A stretch of 60,426 nucleotides of DNA, the filler included, from Basidiobolus ranarum (Eukaryota), in assembly GCA_040143965.1 (NCBI GenBank). It is 4 parts of 4 records of this genome, joined end to end, with 100 filler letters (N's around TTAATTAATTAA, not from the genome) between each part and the next. Parts side by side here need not be neighbours in the genome. Positions count along the whole stretch, not along the records: positions 30,299 to 45,322 come from JASJQH010007273.1; positions 45,423 to 60,426 come from JASJQH010007274.1; 2 more parts are not named here. One strand, written 5' to 3'. Below are positions 36,667-51,678 of the stretch, one piece after another (positions within the stretch are counted from its first letter, which is position 1; the number at the start of each line of letters is the position of its first letter). The notes under the pieces were generated by a model, which did not search any database, was not told the origin of the DNA, and saw only the letters and a list, made by a program, of their open reading frames with translations. Both the position numbers and the translations under genes were made by a program.

Positions 36667-39600
36667 TTATTTACATTGAACAAGTAAATCATATGGTTCA
36701 TAGCAATATCCTATAAGAACTGTCAATAGAAGATGTTTAGTTGCAGATAAGTGACGGTCCATGATGGTTGAATTACCTCTTGGGGTAGCTGAAGTTAATT
36801 GCTTCGCGTCAGTATAAACCAACACCAATTCATCCATTGGTTTCAAAGCGACTTCGTTTCCTTGCCCGATCAGTTTGCCGTTAACAAAGGTTCCATTGGT
36901 ACTGAAGTAATCTTGGTCAGCGAATGGGATCCAATAAGGGATAGAGTGGGAGTGGGATGTACTAACCTATTGTCCATTAGATAAACGGTATTTCCACGTT
37001 TTTCAAGTGTGCAGTCTAACAGCGACTGGGTTAATACTGGGATGCAGTACGGTGTTGATTGAAAATACTTACGAATATTACTAACTCTTTGGTCGTTGTA
37101 TCTTACTGGAGTAGGGCATGCTATAAAGAGGTTTCCATCAATTAATCATCTATTCACTCAATGAGAAGGGGATGCTTTATACATGTACGTCTTCCAAAGA
37201 CCAGCTGATATTCTTTCAACCAGACATTTGGATAGTTCATATGAAGTGATCTAAGTCTACCCCAGATCGTAACTTCACGAGCTTGTGAGCTTTCAGTGGG
37301 TTTTTTCCTCTTAGTTGTAGGGGATTCTGGAGAGCTCATAGGGTCTTGTTGAATATTCTTGAACATCACTTGGTAAGCGTTTCAAACTAAAGACTCCAAT
37401 CAAAGGAACATACCATGATTCGATTCTTTTGAGGAGATGGAAGCGGAATCCGAAATACTCCCATGTCTTGTTGTCCAGCGGACTTGGGAAGATAAGCTGG
37501 GTTTGACTTGAAGACATACTTGATATAGTCTGAAATGAATGACAATCCGGATTAAAAGCAGATTCTAGTAGAGTCAAGATATGTTCATATACCGTTAACA
37601 TCCGTATCATTGATGATGATGCCAATAACATCATTATCATCTAACGTGATCACTTTATCTTTACCCACTGGATGCCCATTAACATAACAGCAATTCGCGC
37701 TAAATTAAATGGAAATAAATTCAGTGTTTCAATCATTCACCAGATACATTGTTCCTTACCTGAGATCTTTTAAATAAACGCTATGGTCTGAGCTTTTCCA
37801 AATTTTACAATGTTTTCCACTGATTCTAGGTTCTTGTATTTGAATTTCATTTGCTAATGAATGATCCCAAAAAGATGGTTGAAGATGTCAATGTGATGTT
37901 GACAAGAAAAATTACTCAAAGATGAATATGCTTACTAGAGCTTCTACCAAAAAAGTAAGTATTTTTATAAAGTTCAACATCCTTTCCGGTACGACTTCCG
38001 GGAACCAACTTGAGGGTTCCCCAATGTTGAAGGGGTTTATCTGGCGAGTAAATGTTAGAAAATTGCATTCGTAAAGAAGTTTCGGGAATCAATCATTCAT
38101 TCACTTGATTACCTGTAGCATCACAATTTTCGAATGAGCTATTATTAATTGAATCGGTTCTATCCGACCCATTTTCAACTTTGATGGTAGTGGTGGCAGT
38201 TGGTGATTCTAAGGGCCTTTTACTTGGAATTTTCACTTCTTCGGTATCTTGTAGGGGTTCCTTGGGTTTTTTGGGTTTTTTCGACTGTAAAACATGGTCG
38301 AAGAACATCGTTATTTGGATGAAATTCTCATATGAAGATTGGTAACTAACTGCTTACTCTAAACCAAGGATGATCTAGTGTTTGGTCGATATTGATTCGT
38401 TTTTCGGGATCTTCAGTTAAAAGCCGTGTTAAAAGGTTCTTGGCTGTAGTAGTAAGTCAGTGAGGGTTTATAGGTTACATAAATGAATCTCATGTTCACC
38501 ATACCTTCATTACTGATATTTGGGTGTTCTGGGAAGGTTAAGATCCGAGGGGTTTCTATTTTCACGAAGTGTGAGTCTGGCGAATCTGAAGGGGAGAATG
38601 GAAAACTTCCGAGTAACCTAAATAATAAAGATGTCAAAAAAGTGGTTGCCTCAAATAAAGGTTCAGCAGAGGAACAATAATTATACATCAAATACAAGAT
38701 TATTCCACAAGACCAAAGATCTACAAAACAGAAGGAAACAGCTCGCGTCAGATGCATACCAATCTATAATTTCCTTCCAACGTTTCTACTAACCGACTGC
38801 CTGGCTATAGCTCTTCTGACTATTTGCTGACATGATCTCTAATAAACAATCAGTTAAGACCTATTGATCCTTCGTTGAATGTTATGGAATAGTACAATTA
38901 CCTGGGGCCAAGTACGTCAAAGTTCCACACATGGTTTGTAATATGGATTGCTCACTTACTACCTTTGCAAGACCTTTGAACAATCATTGTAAGTATAACT
39001 CAAGATTTATGGAGAAGTTCAGCGAATAGAGAATACCCACCAAAATCCGATATTTTCACGGTGTTTTTCTCTTGGTTGATCAGCAAAATGTTCTAGAGGA
39101 AGCGTTATACAAAATAATGTCGATCCAATTGAGTGAGAAATATAATGCTTACCTCAGGTTTCATATCACGATGAGTGATTCCTTGATGGTGCAAGTACTA
39201 AAGGATGTCAATGAAATCTGAAGAAGCAGTTTGAATGGTACTGACGTTGCTTACCTGAAGAGCCAGACATATCTGGTGAAACAATTGCTTACACTCGGCT
39301 TCAGGTAGAGTTCCTTTCTCAGTGATATAAGCGAGAAGGTCTCCACCAGTGACTAGCTCCATGACAATCCATAGCGTCTCCTCATTGTCGTAACAACTGA
39401 CGAAGGAAACGATATGCGGCTAGATCTACGAGTGAGTATTTCATCAATGTGCTCTTTGAATCATAGAATCTTACATGGTTGAGATTCTTCAATATTTTAA
39501 CCTTGATTCGGATGTGTTGAGAATGATTACTAAAATGTTGACCACTCATCTTCGCGAAGCAATAGAATCAATTTACCTCTCTAGCAAAAGCTTCCTTCAC

Positions 39601-40630
39601 TTTAGGTTTCATGAAGAATCGAGTCTTATCGATCACTTTACACGCGTATCTTTCTCCAGTTTCTTTATCGACCACCAAATGAACTGCCGAGAAGTTCCCT
39701 CTAAGAAGAAGAGGATCAACATGAATTATGGTACAAGCAAGTCAATTGTATTATGCCGCAATCACGTACGTGCCAAGAATATGTCTGAATGAATATTTTT
39801 CATGAACGGCCGAGAGTTTTTTCTATAGATTCCAAACACTACTATCAATATTCAAGAATCTCCAAATATCTTTTAAAAATGGAGGATTTCTTACCTGGTT
39901 CACCTGAACTTCTGTACCATGGTTGGTTATTTGAAATAGATAGTCTACAAATGAATGGCTTTAGCATATAATTCTATTCTAAAAAACCCATGAACGGAAT
40001 GAAAACCCACGATTTTCTGAACGACCACTAGTTTTAGGTAAAGTACCAAAGGAAATTTCGTCTCCATGAACTAATAAAATTTTCTTCCCTTTTCCCAAGA
40101 GTTTCTTGCCGATAAAGGTACCGTTGGAACTATAGTATATGTATGTATAAGGAGAGGAGTTCCCTCGAATATTCAATAATCAATACTTGAAATTCGCTAT
40201 ATCATTGAGTTATACCTGAGATCTTCGATAAGAATGGAAGTTCCGTGAATGGAATTCTCGTCTTTATATGGCTAAAGAAGAGTGAGAATAAGTGTAAATA
40301 CTCCAGACTTTTTAAAAGGATTTTTAATGGTGCATCGGTTTGATTCAGAAGAGTGAAAGGGTATAGACTACAAAGGATACGTACAGTAAATATTCTACAA
40401 TGTTTATTACTGATCCTTCTGTCATCGGGGGAAACGATGTCGCACTCTGGATGTCTACCGATTAAATAACCACTCTCCAGTTTTTCTTTGAACAAGTCGA
40501 CGGGTGGAAAATGAGGCGACAAAGGGATTAATTTGGCGAGGATTGCTTCCTGACTGATCGAGATTTCTTGTGATTGTGGAGTTTCCTGAGTACTTTGATC
40601 AGGTTGCGTTGGCTGAGTTGCAGAATCCAT
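36667..40630 (-). CDS. Rad53/Chk2/Cds1-like checkpoint Ser/Thr kinase: SQ/TQ cluster, FHA, kinase, FHA, FHA (many exons)
   Basis: N-terminal TQ/SQ cluster; FHA1 IGRHPEC..ISNKHC..SSNGTF; kinase LGTGNFSAV, ACKVI, HRDMKPEN, DFG, CGTLTYLAPE, DLWSCG; two further FHA-like domains after the kinase (see findings). Confidence 0.9.
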
Positions 40631-41016
40631 AGACTAAGTTTAAAGAAAGGTGGAGTTCTTTCTTGAAATGGAAAAGTAGCAACTAAAATATTAATACAAG
40701 TCCTGATGTTCGCCTCTATATACTCATAGCTACCTTGGAAGGGGATTCTATACCAAGTCAATTGACAAGTGTCAGCGCATAAGCAAATGCATATTGGTTA
40801 AAATTAACCTCACTTTAATCAATTCGATGTAAAATAATTTCCTTAGCCACAACAATGCAACCAATGGATTGGCTCAAAATGTTGTTTATTAAAACAAAGA
40901 AGAAAAAGTTGATTAAAATGATCTATAGAACATTACCAGAGTGCTTCAATAGAAGGGGTGAGATATGCTTAGTAAAGGAAATGGCCAAGGCAGTAGCGGT
41001 AGTAATAGCAATAGTA

Positions 41017-43656
<2,640 letters not shown>

Positions 43657-44025
43657 GGTCAAATGTGGAACTGAGAATAGCTCTACTGAACAGTGTATGA
43701 AGACTTGAATTAATTCAATGAGATTTATTTAGTTCCCAATTCAAGAATACCCATACATTTTCGATTTAACCTCACCAACATTATAGTTTTTGGTGACAAA
43801 TGAGTATGGAGATAGCCAATCGTAATTGCTCTATGGATCAATGGAATGATCTAATTCAGCCGTTAATCAACTAAATTATCTGTTTTAATGAAGTCCAGAA
43901 AGGGGCAGAAAGGAAACTGAAACCAAATGGGTGGTGTAAAGAAAGGGTACCTTCCAGGCTATATTGGCTTTAGGTATGGCTGTTGAGGACCGATTATTTG
44001 TGCTATTATATTATGCTGCTACATA

Positions 44026-45322
44026 TCACAGTTCAATTTGTTGGATTGAGTTTGCCAACTCATCTACATCCTTACTCTCTTGAGTAGTCTTTTGCTTGTA
44101 CTCTGTCGATAGCATCGACATTATTTGCGCCTGTGTAGCGTATGGATTAGAGTCTTTCACACGTTTGAAGTTTTCCTAGCAAGTGAGATGCGTAAGTATA
44201 AGTCAGGATATACATGAATATTATTCAGACGTACTTTGACAAACAGTTGATATTTGTTGGGCTCGCGCTTCTTATAAGGTGTACCATCTTTTTTTAGCCT
44301 TTCCATTTCACGCAGTTTACTAAGGTGAATCATTCAGTTAGCTGACATACCAAAGAACAGAAAATAAAGAGTTGTTTACCTCCGACAAACTCCGCACGCA
44401 TGTCTATCTGTATCAATGGATTTGGAATGTCTACCATAACTAGAGAAGGGGTATTATTAAGGGATCTCAGTTTATCGAGCAAAGCTTATTGATACTTACA
44501 CTTTCTTACAAACTGGATTAACACACTCAAAGTAATACTTGTAAGCGATCTCGTATGAATGACATGTGGTGATGTTGAGATCTGGATAGACTTTCATGAC
44601 CTTCTGGGCCCTAAAGAGAATAGTTGGCTGATTAGCTCAATGTATCAAAGCAGCAGACAAGCAAATACCTACCAATATTTAAATTCAGCACCGTGAGCTG
44701 GTCTGGAGATATGATTGATAATCCAAGCTGCGCAATGGCACAGCTCATGTGCTAAGGTGTTTCTGAGGCGGTCTAACACAAGAGTTTAGCGAGAAAAATA
44801 AGTAAACGAGAATGAAGCAGCTCAAAACTACCTATATTATCTACGACTTTAGTGGACAATTCCACTCTAGACGTGTAGCTCCATTCGTCAGCATATCTTT
44901 GCCTGGAACACATACGAATTGTTAGTGGACTTTTTTCATTGCTTCGTTAGTATGCTACCGCCGGCATTACCTGTGAGAAATTGCTCGTCCAGCTGTTGTT
45001 TTCAATGTGACGGACCAGGTAATTTTCATTTCTTTCGGTAACTTGCCATCGAAAACCTTTCGGTTGTATTCATGAAAGAGTTCCCTTGTCAAATGCTCCC
45101 GATATTTCTTGAAATGTCTGGCTGCAGTGGTCTTTGTGGCTGAATAAATTAGTGTGGCTGATTGAGGAGTTCTAAATGGTGTTCGCGGGACACTTTCGTT
45201 AAAATTCGACGGAGTTTCAGGCGTGGGGGGAGGCTCCATCCAAAAGGAATCGTCATCTTTAATCTCAATCACGCGATAGGTAATATTTCCTTCGGTGGAA
45301 ATCAAAATATTAATATACATTA
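44026..45322 (-). CDS. SprT-like metalloprotease with zinc ribbon and C-terminal HMG-box-like region (GCNA/ACRC-like), 5' truncated
   Basis: LFHEYNRKVFDGKLP..ITWSVTLKTTAG, LRNTLAHELCH (HExxH), HGAEFKYWA, TTCHSYEI.YKY.FEC..C, YGRHSKSID..CGVC, NKYQLFVKENF. Confidence 0.9.
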
Positions 45323-45422
45323 NNNNNNNNNNNNNNNNNNNNNNNNNNNNNNNNNNNNNNNNNNNNTTAATTAATTAANNNNNNNNNNNNNNNNNNNNNN
45401 NNNNNNNNNNNNNNNNNNNNNN
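45323..45422. other. Artificial contig spacer
   Basis: N44-TTAATTAATTAA-N44. Confidence 0.98.
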
Positions 45423-46200
45423 TAAAAACCACAAAGTTGCTATACAGGCCATGACAAGCAATAATGCTGCAATATTGCAATTAATGCAGCATTTGGAAGC
45501 AACTAGTCAACAGTTAGAGAGTCACTTAGCAACAATACAAGACCTTCAGAATGCTGTACTTGAGCTACAGCAACATGCTGAACCCTCCATCCATTCTCAT
45601 ATGGGATTTCAATCAATCCCACACCATACATGTGAATGTCACTGAGACAAACTAGCAGAACAGAATATGTGTTGGACCATTAAGTCTACACAATGACCCA
45701 AAATTGCTTGCACACATGAGAGTAGAAATCTCATACAAAAACCAGAAAACCAAAAGACTCTGAATGTCACAACTACCATCACTTGCTCTGATGATGAGAG
45801 GTTTAACATTTTGGAAACTGTGCAGAAACTTGGCCAAAATCACCTTGGCTTGAGCCAATGGTGGAAAAACCAAAAACCAGGCATTCCTCTGAAGTTTCTT
45901 AACTTATTTCATGTGGCTCATTATGGGTTTTTGCAAGCAAATGGTAATTGGGCTAGTATTGGCCTCTTCATGAAACATCTCAAAAATGTATAGAATTATT
46001 GCCTTAGAAACAAAAGAAAAGCAGCTCACAAAATACTCAAGGAGCAGGAAGTTGGTAAACCTCAAGGAAAAGCAAAGAAGACAGTGAGTTTAGGCTATAC
46101 TGTCCCACTTATCAAATTCTTCACACTGTTGTGAACATCTGCATTTCCAGAGTCAGATATACTGGCAAAAAAGCTTGATTTTACCATGGAACCAGGTACA
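45423..46200 (+). repeat. Decayed ORF-bearing repeat, inverted homolog of 50530-51312
   Basis: Shared MTSNNAAI start and ANG(N/H)WASIGLFMK(H/Y)LK peptide; DNA similarity visible throughout. Confidence 0.8.
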
Positions 46201-46249
46201 AAATGGATTAAAAATGTCACAGTTTTCCCACAACTCTATTGGAAAAGTG

Positions 46250-48400
46250 TTATGAAGCAAAGAGTCTTGCTAATAGACTCTTTCTCAGATGAAAACTCTT
46301 CAATATAAAGATGGAAAAGTCTGAAAGCATGGTTACTCATATTGCAAATGTGAGGTCTTTGGCAAAACAACTGGAAAATATTGATGCAACTTTACAAGAA
46401 GAAGATGACATTACGACTCTTATATGTAGGCTTCCAGAACAATATTCAAACTTGAGCACAGCTTTAGAAGCAAGATCTGACAAGTTATCATTGGAGTTTG
46501 TGATGGCAAGGATAATGGTTCAACACAACCAGAAGTAAGAATTTGGAAAAAGAATCTGTGAAAGTGGCTCTTTTTGGAGCTGGAAGACATAGCTTTGGCA
46601 AGTACAAAGGTAACAGAAGAAGGAAACCAGGTTTATGCTATGGTTGTGAAAAACCAGGACACCAGTTAAAAGATTGTAAATCAAGAAATTACAACAAAAA
46701 TCAGAGGTCAGAACAAGCAAATCAGGTTTAACCAAGAAAGAAGTTTTATTCATTTCTACCCTATCAGTAACTGCTGAGTAAGACTCTAGGTTGTGGTATA
46801 TTGATTCTGGAGCCTCTCATCATTTTTGTAATAATAATAACTGGTTTAAAACACTCAAAACTTACATAAACAAGAAAGTTTTTATAGGAGATGACTGGTC
46901 ACTAGAAGCTCTGGGAGTGGGAGAAATTGAAGTAGATCTTGGGAGCATCTTTGGGGACATGTATGTGACACTGAAAAACATGCTCTATGTGCCTGGGATA
47001 GCATAAAACTTGTTATTGGTTAGTAAAGCTATATCTGAGGGATAGCTTTAATTTTGATCAAAATGGCTGTACAATCAGGGATTAAAAAGGGTATTAAATA
47101 GCTTTTGGTGTTAAGAAAAAAAACTTGTATAGACTTCATTATATTAGGCCAATATATGAACAAGTTAATACTGTCTCAGCTATATAGATAGAAAGGAAAA
47201 TCTGGTATAGAAGATTGGGTCATCTAGGAGCTGAAGATATCAAATCAGCTCAGAATTTAGACAAGATTCATTCTGTCCAATATGGGTCTTTGAAAAGCAT
47301 CTAACTGGGTATTTAATAGCCAATATTGATGACAAACAAGATATATTAAGGTATTCTCTTTCAAATCAAATCTGAGGCCTATGCTACTTCAAGTGCTCTC
47401 AAGCAGTGGTAGATGTACAATCAACACAAAGAAAAGGTACTCAGGAGTGATAGGGATGGAGAATACTGCACTAAAGACTTCCTTTGTTGTTGCACCTAAT
47501 ATGAAATTAAGCAGTAAACTCTCTATTTCTGTTACCTCACATCACAAATGAGTTGCTAGTATGATAATAGGACAATGCTTGTAATTGCATCACCAATATT
47601 GCATCTTTAATAGCTAGATTATCAAGATTGGGATTGATCTGTGTTTACTGCAGTCTATATCATGAACAGATGCCTAACAAGTTTGTTACAATATTGCACT
47701 CCCTTTGAAGCCCTACATGGATCAATACCAACTATACATTCATCCAGGATCTATGGTAGCATAGTATATGGCCAAGCTCTGTAGAGTCTGAAGCAATTAA
47801 TGTAGGAAAAAGCTATGTCAGATTAGTTTTCTTCCCTCAAGGGCAATAAAATTTGGATTGTAAGCCTGCTACCAGCATGGAGAAAGGCAATAGGGTGCAA
47901 ATAGGTATACAAAGTAACATACAAATCTGCTGGAACCATGGAAAGGTACAAAGGAAGGTTAGCTTCTAAATATTATACCCACAATCTGGGAGTTCATTCT
48001 ATAGAAAGCCTTGCTCCTGTTGCTGGATATAGCTCTATCAGCTCAAACCAGGTACTCGCAGCCATCCATGACCTTGATTTACATTAATGCAAAAAAACAC
48101 AGCCTTTGTGAGTACAAATCTAAGAAAAGAGGCCTAAATGGAGCAATCAAATGTGTGGGTTGGCCCAAACCACTTGATGTGGTTTGTAAGTTGAAAAACT
48201 GCAATATGAACTCAAGTAAACATCTCAATTGTGGGACAGCAAGTTAGGTACCTATGGGAAATCACCGGAATTTAAACAATGTGTAGAAAATAGCTGTAAC
48301 TATCTCTAAACAACTACAATTAGGATGCTTATCTTGACACCATAGGTGGTGTAGTTATTTTAGGGCCTAAACAACAATTATTACTGCAATATCCTAAGGG
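46250..48400 (+). mobile_element. Degenerate Ty1/copia internal region (gag, protease, integrase, partial RT)
   Basis: Gag UBN2-like MVTHIANVRSLAKQLENI..LPEQY, zinc knuckle CYGCEKPGHQLKDC, protease WYIDSGASHH, WYRRLGH, LRSDRDGEY; many stops and frameshifts. Confidence 0.9.
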
Positions 48401-49661
48401 TTTTATGAGATGTCCAAAGAATGCTATAGCTATGGTTGAATAACACTTGGATGTACTATAACAGGGGTCTGTCTCTTAGCTATTTGGTCTTGTGACTGGG
48501 AATCAGGACTTTAGAACTGTCTAAGGACTGATAAGCCACAATGCAATGTCCAGCTTTCTGTTAGCTAATATGCTGGCAGCTGACAAAAGAATATACTGGC
48601 TTAACTGTCCTTTGCAAATGAATAGTTAAAGGGGGATATCCAATCAAAACCAAATGTAAACTCAGTTGGTATTGTGTTGAACAAGGATGCTCAAGTAGTG
48701 ATTTATCATGGGATATCAAAGGTTCCTTGCCTATGCAGTCAAAGCTAAGGAAAAATATAAAGCATCAGAACTATAACACGTACCTGTCAATACTTCCCTT
48801 GTGCAAGTCAGGTCCATTCTAGTCATAGAGTATTCTGTAACTGTCTCTAGTAGTCTCTCTTGAGCTTGCTCTTTAAAGGTCTTGTAAGAGGTCATGAAAA
48901 TAAGAGGTGATGACATGTAGGAATTGTTACTTAAAAACCAGGATGATTTTTATCAAAAAGATGTGGCTACTAAATATACTTTTCTGAGGATAGGAATGAT
49001 TATTAATGAGAATTTCCAGTAAGTTCCAGAGAATTTTATTGGTGGGGATCTGGGGATATAATATCATCATATATCATAAGATTATTAGTCCATGGAATTT
49101 TCAGGTAGTTTTAGATTTATCTTGAAAGTGATGGAATATTCTGGCAAAATCAAGTTTTGATTGGTCAAAATTCAATCAATCATCCAATGTTCCAAGAACC
49201 TAGTGAAATGTTTTGGAATTTTGAAGATGTTGATAGAAAATAACAAGGCTAATGTGGAGTAATACTGATTATTCTGAAGTAATAGGGCATAGTACCAATG
49301 GTGATACATGATTGATTAGTAGAGTGGGTAAGTGAAATATGGATAATATAATAGAAATTGTGGAACAGTAATGATATTAGCTAAACATGGAAGTAAGTCA
49401 AGCTGCCCATGGGCAGCAATGCTACCCCTATATAGTAGTTGACCTGATCATAGCCACAAATGATTAAGAAGCATTCAATCTGGCTAAAATTAGCTTATTA
49501 AACAAATTTCAGATCACTGATAATAGTGAATTTGGTTATTTCCTAGGAATCTAAGGCAAAAGAAGTAAACCCAATTATATAATCATGCTGAATTCAAGCC
49601 AAGTCAGTCTAGATATATCCCTGACAGAAACTTGAGGGTTGCTGGTATAAGAAAACAATCT

Positions 49662-50008
49662 CAATTAAATCCATTTTGGATTGACTCTTTACTTACCATC
49701 ATAATATTGTTAAGTTAGATTAATCCATTTTTCAGGTTTAGGTGTGAAATTTCAAGATCTTGCAAATAGTTTCACATAATTGGCTACAATCACAGAAAGC
49801 TATGGATCAACACATGTGCAAAAAATGTAACTCAAATTTTACATATGTATCACTTGAGCACTAATTTATCACCTCTGAAATCCCCAGTTTCTTAGATAAA
49901 TTCTCCTTAATATTTGTACAGAGTTCTTCATACTCAAGGTTTAGCTCCTATCCAACTCAAGTTTGTATCAATATCTCCATCAAGGCCCACCATTGTGTTA
50001 ACATTGCT
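49662..50008 (+). repeat. Non-coding dispersed repeat, direct copy at 59950-60303
   Basis: Shared blocks ATTGGCTACAATC, GGATCAAC, CTCAAATTTTACA, CAAGTTTGTATCAATATCT, GCCCACCATTGT. Confidence 0.85.
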
Positions 50009-50054
50009 TTTTAACATTCTTCACGCTATCTGGTAGATACCTTGCAAGATTGTG

Positions 50055-50260
50055 CCACTCTATTTTAAGTTCTTCCCAGATATCTGCATGGTTAACAACA
50101 GACTGAACATCAAGTTGAATGTTCTTCTTCTGATGTAGCTTTCTGCATACTTGCAATATTGGCCACTCTGTTTTAGGTTCTTCCCAGATATCCACACAGT
50201 CAATGCTTGACTGAATGTCCAATTGAATGTTCTTCTTCTGAAGTAGCTGTCTGCATACTT
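50055..50260. repeat. Tandem repeat, about 2 x 108 bp (36 codons on minus strand)
   Basis: GCCACTCT..GTTCTTCCCAGATATC..TTGAATGTTCTTCTTCTGA..GCATACTTG twice; peptide QVCR.L.QKKNIQLD.QS....DIWEE.K.EW twice. Confidence 0.85.
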
Positions 50261-50389
50261 GTCTGTGATCTTCCACTCATACTTTTAAAATTACTCCTCT
50301 ACAACGTTGACAATTTTTATACATCCTTGTAGTTTGACACTACTGAGGGTGCTTTATGGTGTTTGTGTGGCTTTGTGCTTGCCTTTGAG

Positions 50390-51312
50390 TTAGGGGCCAA
50401 TTTTGACACTTTGAAAAGTACCAGTTATGGTTGATGGGTCATGAGTGTTATTTGCTTGTATTTTTGCTTGCTGAGAGGTGACAGGTGTTGGATAAACATC
50501 TAAATATAGCATTGTTCCAAATGGCATACTTGGTTGCATAGGCAAATTTAGTATTTTTGCAAGTATAAATGCTGGCATATGTGACTCTGGGAACTTAAAT
50601 CTTTCTGATGCTGTGAGTAATTTAGTAATTGGGGCAGTAGAGCCTAACCTCACTAGCTCCTTTGCTTTTCCTTTGGGTATACTAACTTCATGTTCCTTGA
50701 GTGCATCTTTAGCGGCTTTTCTTTCTTTTCTAAGTTGATAAATGTGTACATGTTTGAGATATTTCATGAATAGGCCTATACTGGCCCAATGGCCATTTGC
50801 TTCCAAAACCCAGGATAAGCCACATGAAATAGTTCAAAAACCTTCAGAGTAATGCCTGTCTTTTAGTTTTTCACAATTGTCTCAAATTGAGGTGAATTGG
50901 GCTACATTCAACATAGTTTGCAACATATAAAACTATTCATCATCAGAGCAAGAGACAGCACCTCTGACATTAAAAGACTTTCAGTTTGCTGGTGTTCCTA
51001 TGAGATTTGTACTTTCATGTCCTCAAACCATTTTATGTCATTGTGTAGGCTTAATATTCAGACGCATATTCTGCTCTGCTGTATTGTCTAAGTGACATTC
51101 ATATATATTGAGTGGGATTGATTAAAAACCTATATGAGAATGGACAGTGATAGCAGCATGTTGCTGTAAATTAAGTACATCATTCTGGGAGGTCTTGTAG
51201 AATTGATGAGTGACTCTGTAACTGAAGATTAGTTGCATCAGAATGCCGCCTGATTTGTGATATTGCAGCATTATTGCTTGTCATGGTCTGTATAACTACT
51301 TCATAGTTTTTA
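50390..51312 (-). repeat. Decayed ORF-bearing repeat, homolog of 45423-46200; possibly an accessory ORF of the CACTA-like element
   Basis: See 45423-46200; stops and frameshifts. Confidence 0.75.
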
Positions 51313-51678
51313 CTTCAGATTTCATATAAATCATTATGGTGTTCTACCTGAGATTCTCTTGTTATACTGATGGTATCCAAATAGTCTATAGAGAGGTGTC
51401 CTGATAAAAGTGCTTAGGGAATTGGAAGTGTATTGGACCAGCATTGGATTTGTGATTTGTCACTTAAGTGTTGTTGAATTGAATATGTCCTCTTAAGAAT
51501 ATGCTATGGAATAAGACTATTGAACCTTCTTAGATCATAACAAACATGCCTTTTAAGGTAGTAGACAAGTTAATTATATAATACTCTATTGGTTTTCTAA
51601 TAAAATAAGCCTAAGATCTCTATGCTTTATTAGAGCATGCAATTTATGGTTTTTAGCTAATGAAATGCATCTTTGATT

